A DNA stretch of 64,000 bases from a virus. The translations under genes and the position numbers were made by a program. Of the stretch, positions 1 through 10,300 are shown piece after piece (positions within the stretch are counted from its first letter, which is position 1; the number at the start of each line of letters is the position of its first letter). The stretch lies in the IMG/VR virus record IMGVR_UViG_3300037246_000990, positions 1 to 64,000 of that record. One strand, 5' to 3'. The notes beneath the pieces were generated by a model. It did not search any database. It had not been told where the DNA came from and saw nothing but the letters and a program-made list of their open reading frames with translations.

Positions 1-990
1 AGGTGTACCTTCCGGTACGGGTATTGGCCTATCAGTAGAACGCCGCCCGGTCGGATCGGGGATATTGGTATCTAGCTTCCGCCGTTCAGGTCGTGCGGGA
101 GCTGTCTGAATCTTGGGGGCTTCGGGGGTTTTAAGAGCCGGTGCCTTGGGTGCCTTAGCTGGTTGACCGTATCCTGCGTATCGTAGCTTAGTGCCTTCGG
201 CCACACGCCGGGCGTCAGACCTAGCTTTCAGTTTAGGATCTGCTTGAGCTGCAGCACCCGGTTGCTTAGCTGTGTTCAGGATGGCATTAACGCGCAAGCT
301 GAACCGCCGGATGGCATCAACGCGCAGCTTCACAGGGTCAAGGGGTTTGCGCGTCTTGGCGGCTGTAACGGCAGCGGATTTGGTCCTCTTGGGGGTAGCT
401 TGTTTCTTTAGAAGGAGTCCAGCGCCGGTTGCAAGCGCGGCAGCGCCTAGGGCGGCGGCGATCTTAGTAGCGGAGAAGGATTTGCTTTCTTGCTTCGGAG
501 CAGTGGGAGCTTTTGACGGAGCAGTGGCTTTGGGCATGCGGTACATAGCCTTCGGAGCCTTGGGAGCTGCCGGAGCCTTAGCCAGGGCGACGGTGCCCTT
601 CTTGGGCCTTAGGTTTCTAGCCATTCGTGCGCCCTTGGCTTGTGTCGCGGCGCTGGGGTTTCGGCCCAAGTCGACCCAAGTGGTTGTACCAATGGGCTTA
701 CCGGCTTTGTCCTTGCCGAACCCTATGGTGATCTTCTTGATACGCTGTTCACCAGCGGGGGCTGCTTTGGCGGGGCGTTTAGAGGTAGGATAGGCCAAGA
801 CGCCAGGGTGCTTGGGCTTGGTTTTCTTCTGGGGTGGTCTCTCTATTTTCCACCCTTCATGACCCGGTTTAACAAACGTTTCGATATTACCTTTGACGGT
901 ATTCGTACCGGTCCTACCGGGAGCTTTCGCTTTGGCTTTCTTCTTCTTCTTTTCGAAGCTTTCGTAGATTTTAGCTCGTGTTGCACCCAT
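1..990 (-). CDS. Lys/Ala/Pro/Arg-rich basic protein, truncated at window start (possible virion core/DNA-binding protein)
   Basis: ATG at 990 with GGAG RBS; begins MGATRAKIYESFEKKKKAKAKAPGR; no stops in the parts of the frame I read; missing from the ORF track because it runs off the window. Confidence 0.6.
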   Translation of the reverse strand, partial: MGATRAKIYESFEKKKKKAKAKAPGRTGTNTVKGNIETFVKPGHEGWKIERPPQKKTKPKHPGVLAYPTSKRPAKAAPAGEQRIKKITIGFGKDKAGKPIGTTTWVDLGRNPSAATQAKGARMARNLRPKKGTVALAKAPAAPKAPKAMYRMPKATAPSKAPTAPKQESKSFSATKIAAALGAAALATGAGLLLKKQATPKRTKSAAVTAAKTRKPLDPVKLRVDAIRRFSLRVNAILNTAKQPGAAAQADPKLKARSDARRVAEGTKLRYAGYGQPAKAPKAPALKTPEAPKIQTAPARPERRKLDTNIPDPTGRRSTDRPIPVPEGTP

Positions 991-991
991 A

Positions 992-1447
992 CTAACTCCT
1001 CTTTCGTTCCTTAGTTCTTGTTCTGTGGCAGTTGCTGCACACCAAGTCACACTTTGAAATCTCTTTCATCACCTCAGCAATACGCTCTGGCGTTGTTTTT
1101 AGTCCTCCTTTACTTCCTATGGAAAAGGACTTTGTCTCTTCTGGTCTGTGGTCGAAGTCCATACACTCCCATGAAAATATGTGATCACAATCCACACAAG
1201 GGATGCCTTCGTATCTTTCCGTTATCCAACAAATCATCACAGTGCCAGCCTTCCGCCCTTTGTGGTAATTGTCTCTGCTTGTGGCGTTTAATTCTTCTCG
1301 ATGTTCTTCGTTGTATTTCTTTCTACGTTTTACTATCCTTTTTTGTACTTCTGGATTAGCATAATACTTTTTATCATACTTGCGTTTTTCTTCTTTGTGG
1401 TCTGCATAATGCTTTTTATTGTATGCGCTTCTCTCTTCTTTTGTCAT
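992..1447 (-). CDS. HNH endonuclease (type A)
   Basis: CxxC...DFDHRP...KCDLVCSNCHR; basic Y/K-rich N-terminus; paralogue of 13506..14018; start moved to MTKEERS. Confidence 0.8.
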   Translation of the reverse strand: MTKEERSAYNKKHYADHKEEKRKYDKKYYANPEVQKRIVKRRKKYNEEHREELNATSRDNYHKGRKAGTVMICWITERYEGIPCVDCDHIFSWECMDFDHRPEETKSFSIGSKGGLKTTPERIAEVMKEISKCDLVCSNCHRTRTKERKRS

Positions 1448-1448
1448 G

Positions 1449-1841
1449 TCACTTTCTCCCTGTCCCGAAGGGTATCCATTCCACACTCAGCCCAAGTGCT
1501 TCTAAGCGTCTAGTCATAATCGGTGCTGCTATTTCGTTCCAGGAGTGAATCACCCACTTCATTTTTGTATACACCGGAAAAACGTCGCCATGATGCACGC
1601 TCAGCCTTTCAAGATACCGGACGAGTTCCATGCCTGATTCTTCAGACCTCGTATTCATGTACGGCGTCCCGTTAAGGTCGTGCTCCAGGTACACCTCAGT
1701 CAGCTCATCCTTGTACACCCATAGGGTAGTCTGTGCTTCTTCGTACGTCTTCGCCCAAATTGTATTCGACCGGTCTTCTTCGTTCATTCGTTGATACGCG
1801 AGTACTGCGCGCTTTGGATCGGGGTCCAGGAATAAAATCAC
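1449..1841 (-). CDS. cyclic-phosphate-processing receiver-like (cREC) domain protein
   Basis: MILFLD..R, LEHDL.G, GMELVRYL, IHSWN..A..M resemble the LFLDD/LDHDLG/IHSxN pattern of this family. Confidence 0.65.
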   Translation of the reverse strand: MILFLDPDPKRAVLAYQRMNEEDRSNTIWAKTYEEAQTTLWVYKDELTEVYLEHDLNGTPYMNTRSEESGMELVRYLERLSVHHGDVFPVYTKMKWVIHSWNEIAAPIMTRRLEALGLSVEWIPFGTGRK

Positions 1842-1848
1842 GGGTCTC

Positions 1849-2490
1849 CTAAATCAGTCTACTTACTGCTCGCCGCACCGGGCCGAGCTGAAGGTTTTTC
1901 CTTTTAAACATGTACGAGAGACCAGGATTGAGTTGAGGAGTGTTATAGTGTCCTTGTAGCTTTACGAACGGCCGAAGGTCACTTTGTCTCCTCGTCTCTC
2001 TAGTCTGGATCCCCTCAGTCTTATGTAACCGTTGGGACTGTGCGTTTGACTGTGAGCTTGGTGCTGCCGTTAACGTGTCCCGCCAGCCTTGGTTGCCCAT
2101 TATCCTACCTAACGCTCCCCATCTTTTATACTTATCCATAAACGCCTTGCTTGGTGTTCCTAACGGAACGTACACAGGCGTCGGCGCTCCCGGTATATAC
2201 CCTTGCCCGCCGCCGCTTGTTGTCGTTGTAGGTGACCAACCCGATCCACCCTGTCTCCCGAATTGAGGTCGTTGACGATTACGTAGGGCAGCTTGTGTGT
2301 TCTGTCCGGCCGATACATTCACCCCTCCTTTAGCTCGCTGGCTACGTTCGTATTCTCTCTGCGACTTACGATACGCGAGGTCCGCTGTGTTCTGAGTCTC
2401 ACCGTGTCTGAACTCCCACGGCTTTGGCTCACCACCAACAAAGTTCATAAGGAAGTCGCCAATAGGACCGCCTGTAAAGACTTGGTACAT
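1849..2490 (-). CDS. hypothetical G/Q/R-rich protein
   Basis: 213-aa ORF in a coupled minus-strand operon. Confidence 0.6.
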   Translation of the reverse strand: MYQVFTGGPIGDFLMNFVGGEPKPWEFRHGETQNTADLAYRKSQREYERSQRAKGGVNVSAGQNTQAALRNRQRPQFGRQGGSGWSPTTTTSGGGQGYIPGAPTPVYVPLGTPSKAFMDKYKRWGALGRIMGNQGWRDTLTAAPSSQSNAQSQRLHKTEGIQTRETRRQSDLRPFVKLQGHYNTPQLNPGLSYMFKRKNLQLGPVRRAVSRLI

Positions 2491-2681
2491 TACCTTCTCC
2501 TCCGGAGTCTCTCACCTAGCTTGTAAGGCCCCTTTTTCCGCTTAGCCCCACGGGCCTGTGAGTCCTGGCGGTTCATCTCTTTCCGCTTGGCGGGCGGGGT
2601 ATTATCCAGTATACCTTGGGCCTTCTCACGGTTCCCAGACATCCGTCCACGGACGATGGCGTATGCGCGGCCTACGTTCAC
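2490..2681 (-). CDS. small basic hypothetical protein
   Basis: 63 aa, overlaps portal stop and next start. Confidence 0.55.
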   Translation of the reverse strand: MNVGRAYAIVRGRMSGNREKAQGILDNTPPAKRKEMNRQDSQARGAKRKKGPYKLGERLRRRR

Positions 2682-4891
2682 TGTTCCTCACCTCCACCGC
2701 CACCGCCGCCTCTAGCCATTTCCGCTTGCATCATTTGCATTTGCATGATTTCTTGCTGTCGTTCCTCAGCCATCTGCTTATACAGATCCACCAACGACAA
2801 GAGCATCAACTGCTGCTCCTCGTTGAGATTGTGGAAACCGTCTGACTTCATCTCTTCCACGAACATACCGTACAGGATGAACGGGTCGTCTTCAGGCATC
2901 GGGACGATCATCTCGTATGCTTCCTGTCGGATCCAGGCCATGATACGCTTACCGCGCGACACGTCTGCACCCTGCGGGATGAAAGCGTCTTCGTAGCCCA
3001 TCTCCTCAAGGATCTTCGCCTGCAACCCAGGCGGCAGACCTTGTAGACCAGCCGAGTACTGGATCAGCTCGATGGCCTTAGCCTGCTTCGCTTCCTTACT
3101 CGACAGCGCCATAGAGGCCGTGTCGATGTGGACAATGACGTTGTCCGTGAGGTCAGCTCCACTGAAGCTAAGAATAGCTAGAGTACTGGACTTGTCACGC
3201 GCCAGAATCCGTAGTCTCTCTGCATATCTGTCGTCGTTCCTAATATGCTTGATCACTTCTTGAAGTATGATCGAGCCTTCCTTCTGCAAGGCTTCGTCCC
3301 ACTCCTGTAGAATAGAGGAACGCCCAGCCAGGGCCTGTTTCCGCAGGATATCAATCATTGCGGCCGAGTTGACACCGGTAGGACGTTGACCTCTCAAAAT
3401 CTCTTCTGTACCAGCGATAGCTTCCATTTCCTGAATCTGTTGCTGGCGCTCTTGCTCAGCCGCAGCCGGGTAGGGCGGCGGATAAATAGGTTCGGGCGCT
3501 GCACCCGCAGTCCTTCGTGGGTCGTACTCCCAGATCTGTCCTGGGACTCCGAGCCACTGATCCTCGACGGGTTGAGACCCCTTCGGAATGACCCACGCAG
3601 ACATCGGGACCGTACGCCGCCACATGATCATCGTGGTGTCAATCGCGTTTACTCTCTTCAACTTCGGAAGGAGTTTACACACCAGCGATCTACCGTTGAT
3701 ACTACCAGCCATCGCTTCCCAGCGATACCGGACATAAGGGTGCCATCGTTCCGGCCAGCGAGGATCATATGCGCGTGCTCCTCGCTTCTTTGGAGAATCA
3801 TAGATCACCTGATCTCCAGCCGTAATTACTGTCCTGCCTCGGGGCCACGTCGCGTTCGGCTTCCTATCGAAGATCCGGACTGTTGTGTAGCCCTCCCAAG
3901 TATCGGGGGAACCTACGTAAAGCGAAGGCCCTGACCCCTCAACCATGTCACCGATCCGCTCCCACCACCAGATCGGGAGGTTACGGGTGTTGGTCGTCTT
4001 TGCCTTCTTCAATCGGTCAAGAAACCAGCCGTCTCTCTTCAGTAGCTTCAGGCCCGGTGCCTTGTATTTATCCTCTAATATGTCTAGGTCTGTGTAATAC
4101 TCACGCATCACCCAGCCCATATCTTCCCCGTTCCACCAGTGGACTTGAGGAAGGTGCATCTCGAAAGGACTCACGATAGTAGCAACGATATCCCCATACT
4201 CCACCTTATCCGTGTAGATGGGTCTCCCACGCTCGTCATGGATCTCTGTCTCTCTGGGTATAGGTAGCTGGATATCACCAGCCCCCACTCCCGGTACGAT
4301 TGAGGATTCAGAGGTCTCAGTCTCTGGAACCGTCATTCGCCTGACATGAGTTTCGTCGTAGATCACCTCCATCCAGCAAACGCCACAGTGGAGGATGATT
4401 CTGGCGACCTCTCTGTGCTTCTCAGGTAGGTTCAGGGCTTCCCACATATACTCCATGGTCAGCTCTGATAGCTGCGCTGCGTCCTCGTCTTCTGCTCTCC
4501 CTGACTTTGAGTCGATTCGAGGGATAGGCTTGTTCTCTGTCAGCAGGGCTATATTCGTTTCGATATAACGACCCAGTAAATCGTTGACGGGCTTCGGGAT
4601 GTTATCTGCCGCTTCCTGCACCACTGATTGTTGACCTGAGCTTGCGTCACTAGTCAGCCGAGATGTGAGGATATCATGAAAGTAGTGACGACCTAGAGAA
4701 AAGAGAAAGTTCTCTACCCACTGGACAGCTCGCACCCAAAGGCGGCTAGTCCGGTCGGAACTCATTGCGTCTGCGTAGACCGCTATGGCGTGCCCTACCT
4801 TAGGGTCTCCATGAGGGATCGCGTCTATGGTATGAAGCCTGCCTTTTATCCATTGTGAATCAGCAGCGCCTGTAGCTTTTGAGTCAGCCAT
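2678..4891 (-). CDS. portal protein (P22-like)
   Basis: 737 aa; SPFEMH, GRSLVCKLLPKLKRVN, EAIAGTEEILRGQRPTGVNSAAMI and a Q/M-rich C-terminus are typical of large portals. Confidence 0.85.
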   Translation of the reverse strand: MADSKATGAADSQWIKGRLHTIDAIPHGDPKVGHAIAVYADAMSSDRTSRLWVRAVQWVENFLFSLGRHYFHDILTSRLTSDASSGQQSVVQEAADNIPKPVNDLLGRYIETNIALLTENKPIPRIDSKSGRAEDEDAAQLSELTMEYMWEALNLPEKHREVARIILHCGVCWMEVIYDETHVRRMTVPETETSESSIVPGVGAGDIQLPIPRETEIHDERGRPIYTDKVEYGDIVATIVSPFEMHLPQVHWWNGEDMGWVMREYYTDLDILEDKYKAPGLKLLKRDGWFLDRLKKAKTTNTRNLPIWWWERIGDMVEGSGPSLYVGSPDTWEGYTTVRIFDRKPNATWPRGRTVITAGDQVIYDSPKKRGARAYDPRWPERWHPYVRYRWEAMAGSINGRSLVCKLLPKLKRVNAIDTTMIMWRRTVPMSAWVIPKGSQPVEDQWLGVPGQIWEYDPRRTAGAAPEPIYPPPYPAAAEQERQQQIQEMEAIAGTEEILRGQRPTGVNSAAMIDILRKQALAGRSSILQEWDEALQKEGSIILQEVIKHIRNDDRYAERLRILARDKSSTLAILSFSGADLTDNVIVHIDTASMALSSKEAKQAKAIELIQYSAGLQGLPPGLQAKILEEMGYEDAFIPQGADVSRGKRIMAWIRQEAYEMIVPMPEDDPFILYGMFVEEMKSDGFHNLNEEQQLMLLSLVDLYKQMAEERQQEIMQMQMMQAEMARGGGGGGGEEQ

Positions 4892-5268
4892 TAGCTTTCA
4901 TCGTTCCCGTGTAGGCTAGGAGGTCCTTTCTGGTCGCGCATCAGACCTCTAGCTAGAAAAGCATCTAGGTCTTCCGTGTCTAGATGTCTCTCCAGCCCCC
5001 GCATGTACTCGTCTGTAGTGTCTTTAATCAGTCGATTCTTATCAATCTGCTCTTGAGCCATAGGGGTGCGATTCTCTTCTTCCTTCGCTATTTGTTGGTC
5101 ACGGTACGCTTCAGGAGCCCTGGCAGCAACCAGGGCATCCTGAAGTTTGGTGACTTGAAGTTTCAACTCTTCTCTGTCGGTCTGTGCCGACTCCAGTAAA
5201 GTTTGCAGAGACTCTATCCTCGCCTCCGCGTGTATCAGCTCCCTCTCAGTATCTCGCTTACCTCGCAC
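4891..5268 (-). CDS. coiled-coil hypothetical protein upstream of portal
   Basis: 125 aa, heptad-rich, abuts portal start. Confidence 0.6.
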   Translation of the reverse strand: MRGKRDTERELIHAEARIESLQTLLESAQTDREELKLQVTKLQDALVAARAPEAYRDQQIAKEEENRTPMAQEQIDKNRLIKDTTDEYMRGLERHLDTEDLDAFLARGLMRDQKGPPSLHGNDES

Positions 5269-5271
5269 CGA

Positions 5272-5529
5272 TTAGTCTCTCAGCCAGGGGCTGTCCTCAA
5301 GCTCCCCGGTGATGACTTCACCATCATCTCCGAACCCTGCGCGCGGTTTCATTGGCTCGCCCCCTAGGCGGGCCCGCTTGAGCTGATTCGTGATATTGGT
5401 GTGAGTATCCGGATCCTTCATAGCCTCAGAGATAGCTTTCTTCATATCCTGCTTGGCTCTCCGGTCCTCGTCTTCTCGACGCTCCATCTTACGGGTCCAT
5501 TTATCTATGGTCGCTTGTCCTTCAGACAT
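5272..5529 (-). CDS. hypothetical protein
   Basis: 85 aa, GGAGG RBS, directly downstream of a promoter. Confidence 0.65.
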   Translation of the reverse strand: MSEGQATIDKWTRKMERREDEDRRAKQDMKKAISEAMKDPDTHTNITNQLKRARLGGEPMKPRAGFGDDGEVITGELEDSPWLRD

Positions 5530-5547
5530 ACTTGTCCTCCTTGTAGT

Positions 5548-5583
5548 CTACTTAATTATAGGAATTTCCTCAATCTTTTGCAC
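5548..5583 (-). promoter_or_regulatory. sigma70-type promoter, TTCC-TATAAT-TAAGTAG class
   Basis: GTGCAA-N17-TATAAT with conserved flanks shared with four other sites. Confidence 0.7.
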
Positions 5584-5731
5584 GCGTTGAGGCTACTCTT
5601 GCTCCTTCTTGGACGCCTGCTTCTCGATGAGGCGTTGGAGCTTGATGAGCAGGCTGGCGTGAGCCACGCTCTCGTTGCCTGTGAGCTGTGCCCTTGTGAG
5701 GAAATAGCTCAGTTGCTGTAGTTCCTTTAGA

Positions 5732-5971
5732 TCAAACATTGATGACGCCTCCCTCTAGTTTAACGATTTCTGCTTTGAGTGCTTCGATATGAGCAAGCCT
5801 ATCCTGCTCGTCTTTCTCTTCAGTTTCTGCCAGCCACACCTCTTTCAGTGGCATTGGGTTTTCGATCATCCATGTCACTACTGCTTGGATGTTGTTGGTA
5901 TCAACCTTGTCTTCGTTCAACCCTCGGATAACCCATCGCATTGCTTTTTCTAGTTCTTCATTTGTTACCAT
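5732..5971 (-). CDS. hypothetical protein
   Basis: 79 aa, strong RBS. Confidence 0.6.
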   Translation of the reverse strand: MVTNEELEKAMRWVIRGLNEDKVDTNNIQAVVTWMIENPMPLKEVWLAETEEKDEQDRLAHIEALKAEIVKLEGGVINV

Positions 5972-5981
5972 GACTCCCTCC

Positions 5982-6233
5982 TTAGCTGTCTCTTGCGGTT
6001 TCTATTTCTGTTATCTTGGTTAAAAGCTTTTCTTTTTCTGTTTGTAACTCCGACAACTCAGCACGGACTTCCTTAAGTGCAGCCTTAAGACGACGTAAAT
6101 GTTTACTATGATTAATCTCTTTTTCTGTATCCATGATTGTGAATGTTGTGCCGTGAATATCTACTTCTGTTTTAATGGTTCTAGCATAAACATTCCCGTC
6201 AGAATGCTTAGTATATGTTCTTGTTACCGTCAT
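5982..6233 (-). CDS. hypothetical protein with C-terminal coiled coil
   Basis: 83 aa, GGAGG RBS. Confidence 0.6.
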   Translation of the reverse strand: MTVTRTYTKHSDGNVYARTIKTEVDIHGTTFTIMDTEKEINHSKHLRRLKAALKEVRAELSELQTEKEKLLTKITEIETARDS

Positions 6234-6243
6234 CAGACTCTCC

Positions 6244-6876
6244 TTATTTAATAGCTATTTCTTTCCCGTTAACTATTACTTCTTTCCCTCTGATTTCTAT
6301 TTGTGGATTTTGTACAGAGATAATTGGAAAATAAGTGTACCCTCCGGGGAGCACACCCCCTCCAAACCTTCGTATTCTCAACTCAACGGTATCCCCTCTA
6401 TTAAGATCGGCGCTTATAAGTTGTAATACCCATTCCGTTTCTACGTATTGAGTAGTGCCATCTGCCCACAACCATGTAAATTGACCCGTGGGGGTATTCG
6501 TATTAACCTGATTATTATCTATTTTGTAGTGCCCAAAAGGAGGGTCACTTCCTATTAGTTGCGTTGTATCATCACCATCGTTGTAACCAGACACATTAGA
6601 AGGCACAGTTTTAATCACAGAAGAATCATGTTTAACTTGGGTAACAGAACCGCCGTTATGTGAGTACCACAATGTGAACGCACCTGTAGGAAAGTCCCGC
6701 CCCAGGGTAAGGGAACTTAATTTTATTTCAAATCTTACTCTAAAGTTTGTATCAAGATCAGGAGCAACCCAGTTAGTATTGATTGGTGCAAACCAAGTAG
6801 TATCCGAACTTTCTATGACAGTATCTTCTCTGCCTCTAAATCCAGATTGAGATTCTACACCGTGGGCGGAACCCAT
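6244..6876 (-). CDS. beta-rich putative virion/tail-associated protein
   Basis: 210 aa, G/T/S/D-rich, downstream of tail fibre. Confidence 0.5.
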   Translation of the reverse strand: MGSAHGVESQSGFRGREDTVIESSDTTWFAPINTNWVAPDLDTNFRVRFEIKLSSLTLGRDFPTGAFTLWYSHNGGSVTQVKHDSSVIKTVPSNVSGYNDGDDTTQLIGSDPPFGHYKIDNNQVNTNTPTGQFTWLWADGTTQYVETEWVLQLISADLNRGDTVELRIRRFGGGVLPGGYTYFPIISVQNPQIEIRGKEVIVNGKEIAIK

Positions 6877-6878
6877 AA

Positions 6879-7310
6879 CTAGCTACCTCTAACTACTGTT
6901 GCTTTAGGAAGCCTAGAAACTCTCCCTTCAGGATTCTGGACGAAATCTTTATCATCTGCTGCGAGGTATAAAATATCCCAAAACCTTTCTAGATTAATCC
7001 ATCGTCCTTCTTTAAGGGCAGAGAAAGGAATGTTATTATCTATACGATCTTGTAAACCAAGCGCGTCCATACCAATCCATTTGTTCTCTTCATCTAATGC
7101 GTAATAATCCCCGTTTGATACTTGATCAATTCCTCTACCGTTTTCTATAGGCTGTTGAATTACTATCACCCCATTAACAGGAGCCTCTACTGCTCTACCA
7201 TCTAAATTAGAAAACGTAGAATAATAATCTTTAGCTTCTGGATCGTGATAGTAGATCCTCCATTTAATCAACGGATTTGCTTTATTGGTTATATCTGTTA
7301 CTCTAGGCAT
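6879..7310 (-). CDS. hypothetical protein downstream of tail fibre
   Basis: 143 aa, KWRIYY...EAP.NGVIVI...DYY. Confidence 0.6.
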   Translation of the reverse strand: MPRVTDITNKANPLIKWRIYYHDPEAKDYYSTFSNLDGRAVEAPVNGVIVIQQPIENGRGIDQVSNGDYYALDEENKWIGMDALGLQDRIDNNIPFSALKEGRWINLERFWDILYLAADDKDFVQNPEGRVSRLPKATVVRGS

Positions 7311-7342
7311 ACGTTTTTCCTTCTTCTAGGCACACTTTCCCC

Positions 7343-10300
7343 TTAAGGTATATCATCGCTTACAAGCCCTAGACTAACTAATGCAGCTAAAATCTCAGCA
7401 GCGTCCCCTACAGTTATACTAGGCTTTGACACAGGAACAGCATTAAAGAATCCAACTTTATCTACAGCTAGATTAATCTCATTATGCTCACTCCCCATAG
7501 CACCGCTAGTGATAACAAATTCATTCGCACTATGATCAACACCTACAGTCCAAACAAGATCACCGTCTCGATGATAAGAAGTAACACTATCGTTCCCTAC
7601 CTCACCACTACCAACAGTTAACTTCGCGTCAGCCCCTTCAACAGTAACTGGCATGTAGAAAGAGCCGGTTGCATCGATAGTTACGCTAGTTGCGTCGCTC
7701 GCTAACGCAATAGAAGCCCCCTTAGACATGAAGGATTTAAACTCTAGAACCTCATTGGTCTTCTGAGCAAAGACACCGATACCGGCTCCTATGTTAGCGG
7801 CTGCATTTACCTCACCCGTAGTAGCAGCACCACCACCACCAACAGCCACACCAGGGACACCACGGAGGTCAACAGTGTCTTCCACGGTCCATGTGTTACC
7901 GCCGCCAGATCTACCAAGCACAAGCTCGTACAGCAGAATGGAAGTTCCAACATACGCCTGTGGGATGCCATGGACAGCCTTACTATCAGAGTCCGTCTTG
8001 GCTGCGTTTACAGTGTTGTAGCCTCCAGTTGGTAAGTTAAGGAAGAGCTTCGTATCACCTGAGTTCTCATTCACCACCATCCAAAGAACAACGGTGAACT
8101 TAGCCGAATTACCAATGGAACCTTCACCATCTGTAGCATAGTTTTCTAAAGCATTGAGTTGATCAATCGTAGTGTACGGAGTGGTATCATCGTTTACAAC
8201 GAATATAAGATCGGAACCGTCTGTATCCAACGCAGGGCTAGAGTGCCTATGCATTTGGTACCCAGTACCTTTAGCGATGTGGACATACAAAGGATCGGTT
8301 GTCCCGCTATTATCAACGGTAATAGCAGAACCAGAACGCCAAACAGCAGGCTCGTTACGCAGGCGCTCAGCAATAGAATGAAGGTGTCCTCGCTCTCCTC
8401 GTTCCCCAGACCCAGCGCCTTGTATTTCTTCGATATGATCTGTCCATGCATGGATCTTTAAAGCACCGTGGGTTTGAACGCTTGTTACGTCTTGCACAAC
8501 GACAGTACAGAGCCTGGCATGCTGTGCACCAGGAGCACCACTAGGCCAATCTGTAGTAGACGTGACAAGAGTAGGAACCCCACCAATAAGTTCAAATACA
8601 ACAAAGTTCTCTTTAGGAACTGTAGCTGTACCGGCAGTTAGAGTAAGGGTCTCTGCCCCTCCGCTAGGTGTGTACGTGTAATTCTGCCCTTCAAACTGAA
8701 TTTCCAATGGGGCGGTCGCAGCTTTATTAGCTCCTGCGTTTGTGATAGTGAGCGTAATCGTAGCGCCATCCGAAGCTACGGTCATCCCTAGCGCTTCGTC
8801 GTCACTAAGCCCACCGTCATTCAGATGGAGCAAGTTAGCTATTCCTTGGTGAGTGTCTGTTCGTATGATATTACCTTTAGGAGAAAGCAACGGCTTCCCG
8901 TCACCGCCGGTAGACAAATAGAAGGCAGCGGAATCAACAGTAAAAGTGTCTGTCTGGTATACAGCACCACCGGCTTCAGATTCTCTAAACGTTACAGCAT
9001 AAAACTGTTCAATTGATTGGATCTTATCATAAACAGCGTTCTTAGTAGGGACACTGGAATTGCTGTCCCAAGAACCACTATATGCGTCTTCTGATACAAC
9101 AAAAGCGCCATCCGTCTTCAGGGTACTGGTTGCGGAACGGTAGAGGTTGGTGTCGGCTGTTAGTCCCCAGTTGAGCCCGTTGTCTGGACCGACAATATCG
9201 CTGAAGAATGAAATAGCGGGTCCATTGGGTTGGTCTTCGATAAGTATGGCGGTTGTATTTCCGCCGTTAATTAAGGAATCAATATAAATACCAAATTTGG
9301 CCAGAACATTCCCGGTTGAAGCTTTAACCCACAAGCCGCGATATTCCGTTATCTCTCCAGTCTCTATTCCACCATCGCCACCCTCATCAAGATAGGCGTA
9401 CCCGAGTGTGATAACTCCTTCTTCATTGCCTCCGGTAATTTCGGCTTCGGAAGAAACCCCACCGGCCATCGCTATTGTACCCGCAGCCTTGTGACGAGCA
9501 GATACCCTATTCCCGGTAAGCGCGCCGGGAACAGTTTCCCGATCAGAGGAAACGGTGTAGTTTTCCCCGGTAGCTACAAAAATGTTAGCTCCATAATTCT
9601 GCCTAGGGTTTGCCAATGCCAAGTCTGCGTTGATTTCGGTTATGGCGAGTAGCGCTCGTCGGCTACCTGTGCCAGTGATTCTTTCTTTACGGGCTACCAA
9701 CGTATCCACCGCATCGCTCGGGGTTGGGGCAGCCGGTGTACCACCGAACTGACTAAAAACATCCTCATTCTCAGCCGCGAATATAGCAAAATTAACTGTA
9801 GCGTTACCGTCCACATCCAACGCGGTATAAAAACTACCAATACCTGCTTCTACTCTACCGGCCTTGAGGTCGTTGGCTACGACGATGCCGTCGTCTGCAA
9901 TGATGTCGTAGTTGAACTGCCACTTGTATGCTTCTTCCGGACGGAACGGGGACCCGCTGTGTATGCGTGCAACCTGTACTCCACCCGCAGCAAACGCAAC
10001 GTTTCCACGATCTGTACCGGACCCGAGTCGTTGGTACATACCAGAGGTAGCGTCGTTGTCAAAGGAATAATCAGGTGCGCCAACGAGCCCGGCTGTATTA
10101 GCCCAGATTTGAGTGCCAAAGATTATATTGTTGGATGCTATTTGAAGCCTCTTAGTCCCCTGGATCGAATAAGAGAACTGTGCGGCACCCGACCTGTAGA
10201 CACCTGTACCCTTCTCATTGTTAAATGCGAAGGAGGGTACGTCAACCTTACCGTCTCCGATATACACCTGACTGTAGAAGAGGCCAAGGCCCGCTTCTAC

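Noticed and set aside
272-1014. Plus-strand ORFs 272..793 and 640..1014, and similar antisense ORFs throughout
   Set aside because: They are shadows of the opposite-strand genes, without RBS or recognisable motifs.
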